Shown: positions 18,895-27,666, numbered from the stretch's first letter. The stretch: 38,027 nucleotides of DNA from Flavobacterium sp. (GCA_036386975.1 DASVUQ010000315.1:1-38027); one strand, 5' to 3'. Notes: generated by a model from the sequence alone, not told the origin. Translations and numbers: made by a program.

Positions 18895-20916
18895 ATGCCG
18901 GCATCAAGAATAACGATAACATTTACTCAGGATTTGCCAATTGGTGCGCAATTAGGATTTGATGTTGTAAATGATGGAGGCGGCTGGGGAGTACCTACGA
19001 CTGTCTCACAAATATTCAATTGGGTTAATCTAAGAAGTGCAAATAATCAAGTAACACGAGGTATTGCAACTACTACTCCTGGGGAAAGGTCCGCTGTTAA
19101 TTTTCAGACAGCTTTTAATTTAGATACAGGAGGGCAATATGTTGTAATGAGAAATAGTAATGAAGTTACAATTGTAGCAAACAATTTATACAGCCTTACA
19201 GAATTTGTTGTGAATGGTATCTTTGCCCCTTATACTAACCATCCGAGTATTGGATTTGAGATTACCAATGGTAACTCAGTTGCTTTTGCGATAAACTCAA
19301 CCACATTTGTTCAAGCTGCTTCATCCCCATGTTTTAATATCAACATAGTCATTACTACAAATGAATTGGCAACAAGAATATTAAGCCCTTTTATATTAAA
19401 TGGTAATACACAAAATCCATTTTCTTTTCAAGCTTTAAGAGGTTCATCTATAAACGTGATTATTGAAAATGCGGATGGAGAACAAATAAATCAAATCATT
19501 GAAATGCCTGGTTTGCTAAATGCTTCAAATTTCAGTGTTTTAATAAATAACTCGCCTAATGGCGCAACGGCAATAATTGAGAGTACAAATACCAATGGTT
19601 TAACATTAGAGTATTCTTTGGATAATTTCGTATGGCAAACATCTAATGTATTCAACGGACTTGTTGTCGGGAATTATAATTTATACATAAAAGACAACTT
19701 TGGGTGCAATGTCAATAGATCGTTTTTGATTGACGAATTTGGGATTCAAACGCCTTACTTTTACATATCTAAATCAAATTCGATAAGGTTTGCTAATCGA
19801 ATAAACTGGGGTGATTCTGAAAATTATAAAACAGATGAAAACACATTGAGTTGTGAAGTTGATGTAGAATTGCCATATTCCGAAATACAACAATTTCAAA
19901 GTGCTGATATTATCACAACACAATTCAAATCTAATTATTCGTCAAATATTGCAACTCTTGTAAATGAGGATGGAGCTATAGTAAATATTCCCGTTGAGAA
20001 AAAAACCAGCAATATTGGTATAAAAGATAAAAGGGATTGCAGGAAATATAATGTTGGTAACGGGAAAACCGGAATATACTTTATATCCGGAAACATTTAC
20101 GATTATAATAGTAATGCTGTAACCGGTCCTTATGCTTTAAACGGATTGCTACCGGAATGGGGAGAAATTGGAAATTATCTTCAAATAGCTAACATTTGGT
20201 ATATAATTGAAGATATTGTTTTTGATGAAACAAAAAATGCTGACGTAATAGTTTTTTCGAATACTTATATCGGTTCGGAAGTAAATGTTATAGCTGGATC
20301 TATCTACAACCGATTTAATTATGAAGTTTATGAATTTTCTATTGATATGGTGGATTATATTGATGAAAAATTCAAAGTTAAACTAGTAAATTCTAATTCA
20401 AATTTCACAACGATAACACACCTGTCCGAAACTATATACTGTAAAGTAAAGCACGAAAATGTACTTGAAATCAGGTATAGGAATACAACCAATACTGATA
20501 TTTTTTACAGTACAGGTATTGAACATAAAATCAGAATACCATACATTAAAATTAGCGGTAAGTCTGATGAACAGAGTGAGGTTCATAAAACCGATACAGA
20601 TGCTATTTTATTAAATGCAGATATGTATGAGGTAGATGAATTTCAATTTGAACCGGTAACCAAAGAAATATGGCGTAAACTCATGATTGCGCTTTCTCAT
20701 GAAAAAGTTCTTATTAATGGAGTAGGATATGTGAAAAATGGAAGTTTTAGTACAGAGGGACCATTAGATAAAACAAATCTTTATGTTTTAACGGCCAATA
20801 TGATCAAGACCGGAAATGTTTATAATTCTCAAACTAGTGGCAATCTTGATTTTGATGGAAGCGAGGTAGAGGTGCCTGGATTGATTTCAACAGAGAGTGG
20901 TTACTTGAGATACTAA
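18895..20916 (+). CDS. Phage tail structural protein with Ig/SprB-like beta repeat
   Basis: 673 aa beta-rich; EYSLD...WQTSNVFNGLVVGNYNLYIKDNFGC repeat unit; between hub and fibre genes. Confidence 0.6.
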   Translation: MPASRITITFTQDLPIGAQLGFDVVNDGGGWGVPTTVSQIFNWVNLRSANNQVTRGIATTTPGERSAVNFQTAFNLDTGGQYVVMRNSNEVTIVANNLYSLTEFVVNGIFAPYTNHPSIGFEITNGNSVAFAINSTTFVQAASSPCFNINIVITTNELATRILSPFILNGNTQNPFSFQALRGSSINVIIENADGEQINQIIEMPGLLNASNFSVLINNSPNGATAIIESTNTNGLTLEYSLDNFVWQTSNVFNGLVVGNYNLYIKDNFGCNVNRSFLIDEFGIQTPYFYISKSNSIRFANRINWGDSENYKTDENTLSCEVDVELPYSEIQQFQSADIITTQFKSNYSSNIATLVNEDGAIVNIPVEKKTSNIGIKDKRDCRKYNVGNGKTGIYFISGNIYDYNSNAVTGPYALNGLLPEWGEIGNYLQIANIWYIIEDIVFDETKNADVIVFSNTYIGSEVNVIAGSIYNRFNYEVYEFSIDMVDYIDEKFKVKLVNSNSNFTTITHLSETIYCKVKHENVLEIRYRNTTNTDIFYSTGIEHKIRIPYIKISGKSDEQSEVHKTDTDAILLNADMYEVDEFQFEPVTKEIWRKLMIALSHEKVLINGVGYVKNGSFSTEGPLDKTNLYVLTANMIKTGNVYNSQTSGNLDFDGSEVEVPGLISTESGYLRY

Positions 20917-20930
20917 TAACTTTAAAAGAA

Positions 20931-20953
20931 AAAGCCACTTTAATCAGTGGCTT
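20931..20953. terminator. Terminator hairpin between convergent genes
   Basis: aagccact-ttaatc-agtggctt preceded by an A run (T run on the minus strand). Confidence 0.65.
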
Positions 20954-21104
20954 CATCAGAGCAAAATTTACATTCAGTAATATAAATTTCATCATGTTTT
21001 TTACACTCTTTCAAAGTATCAGCTAATGCAAAAATTGATTTGAAATCACCATTTTTACATGCATTTTGAAAATCTTGTACTAATTTATTTTGTTCTTTAT
21101 CCAT
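20940..21104 (-). CDS. 54-aa protein with CxxH-x7-CxxC motif (MDKEQNKLVQDFQNACKNGDFKSIFALADTLKECKKHDEIYITECKFCSDEATD)
   Basis: Translated by hand; start overlaps the end of the upstream minus-strand gene; not in the ORF track. Confidence 0.6.
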   Translation of the reverse strand: MDKEQNKLVQDFQNACKNGDFKSIFALADTLKECKKHDEIYITECKFCSDEATD

Positions 21105-21318
21105 TGCTATTACTTTTTTTTAGTTCAAAAACCTTTTTCTTCGTAGTATCATCAATTATAGAAATGTTTTTATGTTCATGATAATGATGATGAACCGACC
21201 TATCTACATAAGTGATTCTACTGTTGCCTTTGTTAGGAAATAAAGCTTCTCCAACTAGTTTTCCAATTAACCAGCCACCACCCACTAACGCAACGAAAAG
21301 TATAATTATAAACATCAT
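21097..21318 (-). CDS. 73-aa single-pass membrane protein with His-rich motif VHHHYHEH
   Basis: N-terminal hydrophobic helix; ATG 21318 lies 4 nt past a minus-strand TATTTTTG -7 element (21330-21323), so probably leaderless. Confidence 0.7.
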   Translation of the reverse strand: MMFIIILFVALVGGGWLIGKLVGEALFPNKGNSRITYVDRSVHHHYHEHKNISIIDDTTKKKVFELKKSNSNG

Positions 21319-21348
21319 AATACAAAAATAACAAAAATGCTTTTCTGA

Positions 21349-21404
21349 ATAACAAAATATGTTATTTAGAATCATTATAAATAACATAATATGTTATACT
21401 TTTG
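21349..21404 (+). promoter_or_regulatory. Tail-fibre/lysis operon promoter: operators 21349-21365 and 21381-21397, Fur-box-like palindrome 21364-21382, -7 element TACTTTTG 21397-21404
   Basis: Near-identical to 3166-3208. Confidence 0.75.
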
Positions 21405-21424
21405 TTTAATAAATTAAAGATCTA

Positions 21425-23776
21425 ATGAGTTTTCAAACATTTGTAACCCAAAGATTAGCTGCTATTACTGCTATGATTAATGCAATAGCAACTAATGCAA
21501 AAAAAATTGATGAATTGCCTGAACAATCAGATTTAAATCCGGCATCAAAACTTCATGTTTCGAGGGATGGAATTTCTGAAAGTCTGGAAGTTGAGAAAAT
21601 TATCAGTGCGATTAATTCAGGTCTTTTTGATACTATATTATATCTAGGAGATATTACATTAGATGGAAATGTTGTAACTGTTCCGGCCGGAGCGAGATGG
21701 AAGATTGGGAATATTAATTATGGAAATACATCTGATATTGAAAGAACAGTACCTTTTTGTGCAATAGGATTAACAAGAATAGATATTTTAGTTGCCAATA
21801 CTTCGAATGATATTATTTTAATTAGAGGCCAGGAAACGGCCAGTATCAGTATACGGCCAAACACTCCTCCCAATACAGTTTTAGTAACAGAAATGAGTGT
21901 TACAGAAAGAACTGTAGGAACCCCTGCCAATCCTGTATTAGGCGGCCCGTTTGTAAGAAAATCTGAGAAATATTTTGCAGACATTAATGCTCCAGGTCAA
22001 AATAGTGTTAGACTGTATGGTGAAAGTTCCTATTTTATGATTTCTGATTTTTATGCCCCTTTCGGGAATTTAGAATATTTAATTGACTATATGACTTCTA
22101 CTTATGTAGGCAAAAGCTATGTTTTTTATAATAATCAGGCGACTAATTTAACTATTGTTCATAATCCTTCGGGAACGGTAGCCAATAGAAAATATTTTAT
22201 ATTTCCAAACAATCAAAATTTCATTTTAAAGCCTGGTGAACAAGTAGAGTTTATAGAGCATGAAGATGGCAACTTATATTATTTGGGGACAGCTAATGTT
22301 GATATAAACAACTACTACACAAAAACCGAAATTGATACTAAAATATCATCTGTTTACAAATACAAAGGAAGTGTAGCAACATTAGCTGATTTGCCATCAT
22401 CAGGGCAAGTAATCGGGGATGTCTATGATGTTCAGACAGACGGTAGTAATTATGCATGGAATGGTATTGAATGGGATAGATTGGGTGGTATGGTGGATAT
22501 GTCAGGGAAAGAAGATACAGCCAATAAATCACAAGATGTAGAAGCGGACAAGCTATCAACTACAAAATATGGATCAATCAAAGCGATATATGATTGGGCA
22601 GTTGCAAAGTTCCAGGCGGCATTAAGGGATGTTAGCGCAACACAATCAGGAATTGTTAATAACAATTTATTACAAGAATTGGGAGGTGTAGATAAATTGA
22701 TTAATGGTGTCCGCATAGGCCGTGGTAACGGCAATGGCATTAATAATCTAGCCTTAGGAGCTTCAGCTTTAAATTCCGTAGAAGTCTCCGGGAATTTATC
22801 AGGCCAATATAATGTAGCGGTAGGAATCAACCCTTTGGAAATGAATACTACAGGGTTTTACAATAGTGCTTTAGGGGTTAGAACTTTGACTAATAATACT
22901 ACAGGAAATTATAACACTACTATAGGGGCTGTTACTCTACATTTCAACACGACAGGCAATGAAAATACCGCAATTGGAGCGTTTTCTCTATGGAAAAACA
23001 CAACAGCAAGCAATAATACAGCTTTTGGTAGTTCATCGTTAAGAGAAAATTTAACAGGTTTAAGAAATGTTGCCGTAGGTAGGTTTGCAGCAGTAATAAG
23101 TACTGGTAATGATAATATTGCCGTAGGACATGCAGCTCTGGGCAATCTTAGTACAGGTTCGGGCAATGTTGTTTTAGGAAGTAGCATCAACACTAATTTA
23201 GGTTTAACAACAGGTTCTAATAATTTAATAATTGCCCCTAATAATGGCCAAGCAACTGGAATAACAACAGGTAGCGGTAATGTCGTTATTGGAAAAGTCA
23301 CCGGCTTAGCTGCTGACCTGCAAAATACAGTAACTATTGCTAATGGGGTTGGAGATATTAGATTTTCAGTTAACACTGCCGGACTTGCGACCATTCCTTC
23401 TCAAACCAATGCATTAATAGAGGCGGATGCAAGTGGTAAAGCTGCAATTACAAAAGAATATGTCAATTCAATAGTAAAGCCTTATAAAGTCTATGTTGCT
23501 CTTTTAACTCAAACAGGGACATCTGCTCCGGTTGCTACAGTTTTAGAAAACACTTTCGGAGGAGAAGTTATGTGGAGCCATGATTCACAATCAAATTATA
23601 GAGGCACGTTAACAGGAGCTTTTACAGAAGGAAAAACAGCTGCATTCTTACAACAAAATAACTTTTTTTATACATTGGTTTTTAACAGGATTGATAATAA
23701 TAGCTTTATTATCACAACTAATGGGCCTGACAATATTTTAATTAACGCTTCTATAGAAATTAGAGTATATAATTAA
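21425..23776 (+). CDS. Tail fibre / receptor-binding protein
   Basis: 783 aa; VYKYKGSVAT...GDVY...NYAWNG..WD fibre module; ~14-aa NTTGxxNxAxG beta-roll repeats; last structural gene before lysis. Confidence 0.8.
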   Translation: MSFQTFVTQRLAAITAMINAIATNAKKIDELPEQSDLNPASKLHVSRDGISESLEVEKIISAINSGLFDTILYLGDITLDGNVVTVPAGARWKIGNINYGNTSDIERTVPFCAIGLTRIDILVANTSNDIILIRGQETASISIRPNTPPNTVLVTEMSVTERTVGTPANPVLGGPFVRKSEKYFADINAPGQNSVRLYGESSYFMISDFYAPFGNLEYLIDYMTSTYVGKSYVFYNNQATNLTIVHNPSGTVANRKYFIFPNNQNFILKPGEQVEFIEHEDGNLYYLGTANVDINNYYTKTEIDTKISSVYKYKGSVATLADLPSSGQVIGDVYDVQTDGSNYAWNGIEWDRLGGMVDMSGKEDTANKSQDVEADKLSTTKYGSIKAIYDWAVAKFQAALRDVSATQSGIVNNNLLQELGGVDKLINGVRIGRGNGNGINNLALGASALNSVEVSGNLSGQYNVAVGINPLEMNTTGFYNSALGVRTLTNNTTGNYNTTIGAVTLHFNTTGNENTAIGAFSLWKNTTASNNTAFGSSSLRENLTGLRNVAVGRFAAVISTGNDNIAVGHAALGNLSTGSGNVVLGSSINTNLGLTTGSNNLIIAPNNGQATGITTGSGNVVIGKVTGLAADLQNTVTIANGVGDIRFSVNTAGLATIPSQTNALIEADASGKAAITKEYVNSIVKPYKVYVALLTQTGTSAPVATVLENTFGGEVMWSHDSQSNYRGTLTGAFTEGKTAAFLQQNNFFYTLVFNRIDNNSFIITTNGPDNILINASIEIRVYN

Positions 23777-23793
23777 CTTAATAAATTATAACT

Positions 23794-24123
23794 ATGGGAC
23801 TGCTTTTATTTTTTATTGCTTGGATACTGATCTTACCTCTTACGATCATTAATTACATTATTGTTTGGAAAAAAGGGTATTTCCTTGACACAGCTTTAAG
23901 CTTGGATAAGTTTGGGAACCGAGAATACCGGACGCTTTGGAACCTAACTTTAAGAAAAAAAAATGGTTATGAATTTGGTGTGGTAAACGAAACTATATCC
24001 AGTGCACTGGGAAAGAATCAACGTGATGGTACACTGACAACAACAGGTAAGGTGCTTTGTTTTATTCTTGACACATTAGATAAGGACCATTGCAGAAAAT
24101 CAATAAACGAATTACATAAATGA
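23794..24123 (+). CDS. Phage membrane protein in lysis cassette
   Basis: N-terminal TM helix; SLDKFGN, ETISSALGK, DKDHC motifs common in small phage proteins. Confidence 0.65.
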   Translation: MGLLLFFIAWILILPLTIINYIIVWKKGYFLDTALSLDKFGNREYRTLWNLTLRKKNGYEFGVVNETISSALGKNQRDGTLTTTGKVLCFILDTLDKDHCRKSINELHK

Positions 24124-24668
24124 AATCAATAATTATAAAAAGTCTCGGAGGCACGATGCTAAAAAGATGTGCCCAAGGCATACCATTTACTGAAAAGTTC
24201 TATTTATGGCTTGTTTCCTTCGTTTCCGGAGTTCTGGCATACTATACCGACTTGCATCTGGCATTTTATATATTTCTGGGCGCAACTACACTGGACACGA
24301 TAACTTCAATCCATGTAGATGCAGTGAAAAAAGGATTAAAGTTTAATCCATTCAGAGGATACTTTTGGAAACAGATAACTTCCGGAGGATTGCGGGAGTG
24401 GGCAAAGAAAGTTTTTTTAGAATATGGAATCTATCTGATAATTGCATTCATGATTAACGAATGGGTTCTTAAAAGAATGGTTTTGTTTGAGGTTTTTGAC
24501 AGAAAGCTCACTCTGCCTGTAATTGCACTTTACCTATTCTCTTTCATCGAGATTTGGAGCATTGGAGAGAATATCGAAAAAGCTGGGGGAACAAACCTAT
24601 TTAAGAAAATCCTGCATTTCCTGCCAGATAAATACCAGCAAATTTTTAAAAATGAAAACAATGGATAA
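24120..24668 (+). CDS. Holin (phage holin family 4-like)
   Basis: Several TM segments; LDTITSI and EIWSIGEN motifs; directly upstream of the endolysin. Confidence 0.75.
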   Translation: MKSIIIKSLGGTMLKRCAQGIPFTEKFYLWLVSFVSGVLAYYTDLHLAFYIFLGATTLDTITSIHVDAVKKGLKFNPFRGYFWKQITSGGLREWAKKVFLEYGIYLIIAFMINEWVLKRMVLFEVFDRKLTLPVIALYLFSFIEIWSIGENIEKAGGTNLFKKILHFLPDKYQQIFKNENNG

Positions 24669-25137
24669 ACCAACAAAAGAAAGAATTGGAAAACTTCATC
24701 CGGCTGTAAGAAAAGAAGTTACTGAAATAGTTGAAGCATGTGATAAAGCCCTGACTGGAAAAGCAAAAATAAGGATCACACAAGGCTTACGGACTATAGA
24801 AGAACAAAATCTTATGTATGCGCAGGGAAGAACGCTTCCCGGCAAAAAAATTACCAATGCAAAAGGAGGCCAGTCTGTCCACAACTATGGTTTTGCTGTT
24901 GATATCTGCCTGATTATTGACGGAAAAACGGCATCATGGGACACGGCAAAAGACTGGGATAATGATGGCATTGCCGATTGGCAGGAAGTCGTGAAAGTAT
25001 TTGCAAGATTTGGATGGAACTGGGGCGGCAACTGGAACACTTTCAAAGACATGCCACACTTCGACAAAATTGGCTTTGACAACTGGCGTACGCTCCAGCC
25101 AAAAAAGAGAGACAAAGAAGGCTATATCATTCTATAA
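24661..25137 (+). CDS. Endolysin, M15 family L-Ala-D-Glu peptidase (CwlK/Ply500-like)
   Basis: ITQGLRT..EQ..YAQGR, SVHNYGFAVD, WGGNW..FKDMPHF; probable start ATG 24661. Confidence 0.93.
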   Translation: MDKPTKERIGKLHPAVRKEVTEIVEACDKALTGKAKIRITQGLRTIEEQNLMYAQGRTLPGKKITNAKGGQSVHNYGFAVDICLIIDGKTASWDTAKDWDNDGIADWQEVVKVFARFGWNWGGNWNTFKDMPHFDKIGFDNWRTLQPKKRDKEGYIIL

Positions 25138-25171
25138 GTACAATTTTCAATCAAAATTATATACAATAATC

Positions 25172-25510
25172 ATGAGAAATTATATACCTCACATTATTAT
25201 TACTATTCTGCTTATATCAATTGTATTCCAATGCGCGGACCAGATCTCGCTTACCGAACAGGTCGCCACAGAAAAACAGAAAGTAAAAGGCTTCGAAAAA
25301 GATATTAAAGTTTTAAATACAAACGTGAAAATCTTGAACAATGTAAAAGATAGCCTTAATGTAAAGGTCAAGAATCTAGACTTAGAGCTGTCAAAAACCA
25401 AAAAAGAAATTTTAACCATCAGAAAAAAAAGAGATGAAAAAATCAATGTTATTAATAGTTATAATGCTAGCCAGCTTCAGCAGTTTTTCACAGAACGTTA
25501 TCCTGAGTGA
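25172..25510 (+). CDS. Putative spanin subunit (N-terminal hydrophobic segment/possible lipobox, coiled coil)
   Basis: MRNYIPHIIITILLISIVFQC then heptad-rich region; follows the endolysin. Confidence 0.55.
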   Translation: MRNYIPHIIITILLISIVFQCADQISLTEQVATEKQKVKGFEKDIKVLNTNVKILNNVKDSLNVKVKNLDLELSKTKKEILTIRKKRDEKINVINSYNASQLQQFFTERYPE

Positions 25511-25823
25511 GAATCAAGCAAAAGCAGTTGCAATTGATCTGATTGCCGGAGATGCCTGCCGGCAGGAACTGGAAAGGACACAAGGTGCCTTAGAGCTTAC
25601 TGAGACAAAAGTGGATTTGAAAGATAAAGTAATTTCTAACCTGGAGAACCAGAAAACCGAACTCCAGAAAATTAATGAAATTAGGCTTCAGGAGTTCCAG
25701 AGCTTGGAAAACATAGTCTTGCTTCGGGAAAAAGAACTGAAAAAACAGAAAAGGGTTTCTTTGTTTTATAAAATAATTGCAGTAACGGGGGTTTTAACTT
25801 CTGGTTTTCTAATTATAAAATAG
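25434..25823 (+). CDS. Putative second spanin subunit (signal peptide, coiled coil, C-terminal hydrophobic anchor)
   Basis: Overlaps the previous gene by 77 nt; signal ...SSFS-Q; C-terminal FYKIIAVTGVLTSGFLIIK. Confidence 0.5.
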   Translation: MKKSMLLIVIMLASFSSFSQNVILSENQAKAVAIDLIAGDACRQELERTQGALELTETKVDLKDKVISNLENQKTELQKINEIRLQEFQSLENIVLLREKELKKQKRVSLFYKIIAVTGVLTSGFLIIK

Positions 25824-25863
25824 TTAGTAAGTTACTTTTATTTCTTCTTGCCTAGATGCATAA

Positions 25864-26451
25864 TTAGTCAATTCCTTCATCGTCACCAATGTTATTTTCA
25901 AATAACGATACTTGTCCAGGGTTTAATTTTGATACTTTAGATGGTATTGGATTTTTTAATTCTTCTAATTTCAAAATATCAACATAATCTAATGTTAGAA
26001 TTTGAATTTGATGATCGGCAAATTTCTCGAAGTCTTTAAGATTGTGAGAGAATATAGTATCACATCCGCTAGATATTGCAATTGAGCAAATATTATAATC
26101 GTTTGTTATCTGACACTTAGGAATGTTTTTTTCTGTTGCGTATTGCTTAGCATTTGTCTTGGAAAGTTTTAATCTTAATTCCGCATATTTTCTTGCAGAT
26201 AAAACGTCATATTGTGCAATTTCAAAATTTTCTGATATGAAATCAAAATGACTTTCTCTTTCTTCATCATCTTCAACATTACCTAAAAGTTCACCAATCA
26301 CAATGCTGGGAATAACAACTATTATCTCATTATTACTAAGATAATTAAACAAATAATCCGCTTTTTCAGGAAAGTCTTCTTGTCCTATTGAAGTACTTTG
26401 GCCCTTCATGTACCAAATGAGAATATTTGTATCTATGCAGACTTTTTTCAT
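25864..26451 (-). CDS. PIN-domain nuclease (VapC-like toxin) with C-terminal tail
   Basis: IDTNILI, SIVIGELL, NDYNICSIA, FSHNLKDF acidic active-site motifs. Confidence 0.9.
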   Translation of the reverse strand: MKKVCIDTNILIWYMKGQSTSIGQEDFPEKADYLFNYLSNNEIIVVIPSIVIGELLGNVEDDEERESHFDFISENFEIAQYDVLSARKYAELRLKLSKTNAKQYATEKNIPKCQITNDYNICSIAISSGCDTIFSHNLKDFEKFADHQIQILTLDYVDILKLEELKNPIPSKVSKLNPGQVSLFENNIGDDEGID

Positions 26452-26453
26452 AG

Positions 26454-27212
26454 TTATTCTCTTAATGATGTAATAAAATCATCTGGGTTATCTATATTTA
26501 CCCAATATTTGCCCAGTAGATTATTTAGTCCTTTAAGCTTTTCATTTAATGGAACATCTTTTAAAACAACAAATTCTTTAGCTTTTATTTCAACTAACTC
26601 ATTATTATCTTTTTTCCACTTACCAATCCCTTTAACTCCTATTTTACTATAGAGAAAAGGAGATAAGCCTTTTGCACTTTTTTTATTGGTTACAATTGAA
26701 AGATATTTGCCATTATCTGTTTGTATTCTAACCTTTGGGGCAGAACCACCTATACGGATAATCTTACCATATACAGTTGTTTCTCCCTTAAAAAAAAGAG
26801 CTTCAGTAAATTTAATATCAGAATCCATATTTATTTCTGCGGTTTCAATACCTTCAATTCCGTTCAGAATAACGCTACATTGGTGTTTATTTACAAATTG
26901 TTGAAAAGTGATAAGACTTTCAATAGCATCATAAGGTAATCTATGAGTTTTTCTGTTTTTTATCGCAATATTAATTTCATTTGCAGCTTCTTTTACATCT
27001 TCTGTATGAGGTTCAGCTTCAATAGTTAAACTTTCATTTTTAACATTAACAATACTTATGAAATCTATACCATTCCTGGCAGGATGATTTTTTCTAATAA
27101 CGGCTAGAAGTGCATTTTCATAAGCAGCAACAACCTTAGCGAACTCATTAGCAGTCACTTTAGCAGGCTCAATATTATTGCCTGTGAATTTTATTTTAAG
27201 CCTTTCTGTCAA
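26454..27212 (-). CDS. 252-aa hypothetical protein, probable partner/antitoxin of the PIN nuclease
   Basis: TTG start; -7 element TACCTTTG at 27240-27233; 2 nt from the PIN start; C-terminal LGKYWVNIDNPDDFITSLRE. Confidence 0.75.
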   Translation of the reverse strand: MTERLKIKFTGNNIEPAKVTANEFAKVVAAYENALLAVIRKNHPARNGIDFISIVNVKNESLTIEAEPHTEDVKEAANEINIAIKNRKTHRLPYDAIESLITFQQFVNKHQCSVILNGIEGIETAEINMDSDIKFTEALFFKGETTVYGKIIRIGGSAPKVRIQTDNGKYLSIVTNKKSAKGLSPFLYSKIGVKGIGKWKKDNNELVEIKAKEFVVLKDVPLNEKLKGLNNLLGKYWVNIDNPDDFITSLRE

Positions 27213-27341
27213 AGTTATTTCTTATATAAAAACAAAGGTATGTGAATAACTACTCATATTTACGAAATTATATGCAATTTTATGTTAATAGTAAAACAAA
27301 AATTATCTTAAGAATACATTAGTTATTGTAGTTTAGTTGAG

Positions 27342-27369
27342 AAGCGGTTCAGAAATGAGATGCTTTTTT
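27342..27369 (+). terminator. Terminator-like hairpin with GAAA loop
   Basis: aagcggttca-gaaa-tgagatgctt then tttt; imperfect stem. Confidence 0.45.
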
Positions 27370-27411
27370 ATTTCAGAAAATTAAAAATAATGTATTATTT
27401 ATTTGTTTATT

Positions 27412-27433
27412 GATAGTAAATATACTATCTTTG
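27412..27433 (+). promoter_or_regulatory. hicAB promoter: palindromic operator GATAGTA-n4-TACTATC overlapping -7 element TATCTTTG (27426-27433)
   Basis: Read directly; HicB autorepression through a promoter palindrome is established for hicAB loci. Confidence 0.7.
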
Positions 27434-27457
27434 AAATGTCAAATAATAACAAGTTCT

Positions 27458-27637
27458 ATGAAATACAGTGAATTTTTTAAGCTAGCCAAGAGAAACGGTT
27501 GGCAGCTTTTAAGGCAAGGTAAAGGAAGCCATGAAATTTGGGAGAAAGGAGAACAAAAAGTAGTTATTCCAAACCACGGTTCAAAAGAAATGCCAACAGG
27601 ATTAGAAAAAAGTTTAAGGAAAGAAATGGGGTTGTAA
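27458..27637 (+). CDS. hicA: HicA family toxin (mRNA interferase)
   Basis: 59 aa; MKYSEF...NGW..LRQGKGSH...IPNHGSKEMPTGL. Confidence 0.93.
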   Translation: MKYSEFFKLAKRNGWQLLRQGKGSHEIWEKGEQKVVIPNHGSKEMPTGLEKSLRKEMGL

Positions 27638-27666
27638 AACCTCATTTCTTAAAACAAATTACAAAC

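Noticed and set aside
22800-23300. Possible CRISPR array or DGR variable/template repeats
   Set aside because: Periodicity is at protein level (beta-roll repeats); no identical DNA repeats with spacers, no adenine-specific repeat pair and no reverse transcriptase seen in the window
206-25823. Stop-codon reassignment in the phage
   Set aside because: Structural genes are full length under the standard code and end with TAA, TAG and TGA
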